DNA from: Mobula hypostoma
Taxonomy: Eukaryota
DNA: 64,000 nucleotides
Direction of reading: 5' to 3'
Assembly: GCF_963921235.1 (NCBI RefSeq)
Contig: NC_086107.1
Span: 96,102,001-96,166,000 of the forward strand
Shown here: piece by piece, positions 62,422 through 64,000 of the stretch
Position numbering within the stretch: position 1 is the stretch's first letter
Layout: the number at the start of each line of letters is the position of its first letter
The notes under the pieces: generated by a model
What the model was told of the DNA's origin: nothing
The model's input: the letters and a program-made list of their open reading frames with translations, nothing else
Databases searched by the model: none
Position numbers and translations under genes: made by a program

Positions 62422-64000
62422 ATGATGGCAGACCTTAAATTGGCGTGCTTGAATGTGCGAAGTTTGAAGAGTACTGGGCGATGCGTCAGCACGCTCCAGT
62501 ACCTGGACACTGTAAAGACCGACGTGACCTTCCTCCAGGAGTGCGGACTACCACATCTCCGTAACTACCGGAGGTGGTCACGGTGGTGGAAAAAAGGTTT
62601 GTCTGTGTGGTCGGGGGGCAACGATTGTCGCGCTTCCGGCCTGGGGATTCTGCTACGGGGAGGTAACTTCTCAATCACCCAAGTTAAAGAGGTGGTTGCG
62701 GGGCGCCTCCTGGTAGCAGACGTCAAATACCGGGGCACTCCGCTCCGGCTGATCAACGTGTACGCCTCCCCCGTTCGGAGCGAGCGGCTGGCCGTCTTCG
62801 AGCAGCTCCCACAGCTGCTGGTGACGTCCCAGCCGGTCGTTCTGGCCGGAGACTTCAACTGCACCATTGATGCGGCTGGAGGACCCGGCAGCGCCGACGG
62901 CAGGCTGGACAGTACCTCCAGACTCCTGAGGGAAATAGTAAAGACGGCCAAGCTGCGCGACGCCTTTGGCACCCCCACAGGTGGAGCACAGCCGCAAGCC
63001 ACCTGGACACGGTCGGACGGCTCAGCCCGCTCCCGGATCGACTTCCTCTTCCTGTCAGAGCCCCTCACGGTCAGGTCCACCGACGTCACGCCGGTGTTCT
63101 TCTCTGACCACTGCCTTCTGAGAGCCACCTGTCGCTTACGGGAGGACCAGAAGGCAGGCAGGGGGACGTGGAAGCTGAATGTTAAGCTGCTGACCCCAGA
63201 GAACATCGAGGAACTAGAGAGGGAGTACACAGGTTGGAGAACCTTGAAAGCCTTCTTTGATTCCCCGGTTCACTGGTGGGAAGCCACCAAAGAGAACATT
63301 AAGAGGTTCTTCATCCGCAAGGGTATCCAGAAGGCAAGGCAGGAGCAGAGGGAACTGCGTAAACTCCAGACAGAGTTGCAGCAACTTCTCCTTCTGCAGT
63401 CGAAGGGGGTGGATGTCAGGGAGGAATTGCGAGAGGTGAAGGGCCGGCAAGCCCATAACCTCGCCGCCGAATCCTCCAAGATCATCTTCCGATCAAGGGT
63501 CCAAACCGTGGAGCAGGACGAGACGTGCTCACGCTTCTTCTTCCAAAAGGTGCACAGGGGGAGCTCTGTGATCCACAACCTTAGGGAAGAGGACGGCTCA
63601 GTCGCGTCCTCGCAGACCGACATACTGAGGATCTGCAAGTCCTTCTATGCCGGTCTGTACGACGAAAAGGCCACAGAATCCACAGCCTCCCGCAACTTCC
63701 TGTCGTCTATCACGCAGGTCTTAGACGGCGGCAAGCGGGAGAGTCTGGATCAGCCACTGACCCTGGACGAGCTGACAGGCTCCATCCGTTCCTTTGGGTC
63801 GGGTAAGACTCCCGGAAGCGACGGCTTACCGGCTGAGTTGTACTCGGCTCTGTGGAACTGGATAGGCCCAGACCTGCTGGAAGTGTACAATGCTATGCTT
63901 CTGGCCGGCAGGATGTCTGAGTCCATGAGGAAGGGCATCATCACCCTCATCTACAAGCAGAAGGGGGAAAGAGAGGACATTAGAAATTGGAGACCCATCT
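62422..64000 (+). CDS. ORF2p of copy 2 (endonuclease and start of RT; partial)
   Basis: Matches copy 1 ORF2 up to NWRP at the window end; two missense differences noticed. Confidence 0.9.
   Translation, partial: MMADLKLACLNVRSLKSTGRCVSTLQYLDTVKTDVTFLQECGLPHLRNYRRWSRWWKKGLSVWSGGNDCRASGLGILLRGGNFSITQVKEVVAGRLLVADVKYRGTPLRLINVYASPVRSERLAVFEQLPQLLVTSQPVVLAGDFNCTIDAAGGPGSADGRLDSTSRLLREIVKTAKLRDAFGTPTGGAQPQATWTRSDGSARSRIDFLFLSEPLTVRSTDVTPVFFSDHCLLRATCRLREDQKAGRGTWKLNVKLLTPENIEELEREYTGWRTLKAFFDSPVHWWEATKENIKRFFIRKGIQKARQEQRELRKLQTELQQLLLLQSKGVDVREELREVKGRQAHNLAAESSKIIFRSRVQTVEQDETCSRFFFQKVHRGSSVIHNLREEDGSVASSQTDILRICKSFYAGLYDEKATESTASRNFLSSITQVLDGGKRESLDQPLTLDELTGSIRSFGSGKTPGSDGLPAELYSALWNWIGPDLLEVYNAMLLAGRMSESMRKGIITLIYKQKGEREDIRNWRPI

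Larger units (their letters stand above)
14957..64000 (+). repeat. Tandem array of U2 snRNA gene units (~2.73-2.75 kb); 15 U2 loci visible, continuing beyond the window
   Basis: Near-identical units. U2-to-U2 spacings are 2735, 2734, 2739, 2731, 2735, 2729, 2733, 2741, 2739, 2741, 2741, 2745, 2751 bp; differences are almost all in microsatellites. Confidence 0.98.
60877..64000 (+). mobile_element. U2-specific Keno-like retrotransposon, copy 2 (cut by the window end)
   Basis: Nearly identical to copy 1 from the first base. Confidence 0.95.

Overview
Vertebrate genomic DNA, probably a shark or ray (inferred from the HER1/HE1-type CR1 3' tail). Bases 1-14956 are a nest of decayed retroelements: a SCAN/gag Gmr1-like Gypsy element with one LTR and a tRNA-Pro PBS, a degraded endogenous retrovirus pol, and CR1, L1/Tx1 and BEL fragments. 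From about 14957 to the end is a homogenised tandem array of U2 snRNA genes with a unit of about 2.73-2.75 kb: 13 intact U2 genes, then two consecutive U2 genes interrupted at exactly the same site by a two-ORF, APE-endonuclease, Tx1-clade non-LTR retrotransposon (Keno-like, U2-specific). The first insertion (52949-58109) is full length, with intact ORFs, a poly(A) tail and a 14-15 bp target-site duplication. The second (from 60877) is nearly identical, has an ORF1 frameshift and runs off the window. No host protein-coding gene is supported; the ORFs repeated in the array spacer are considered spurious.
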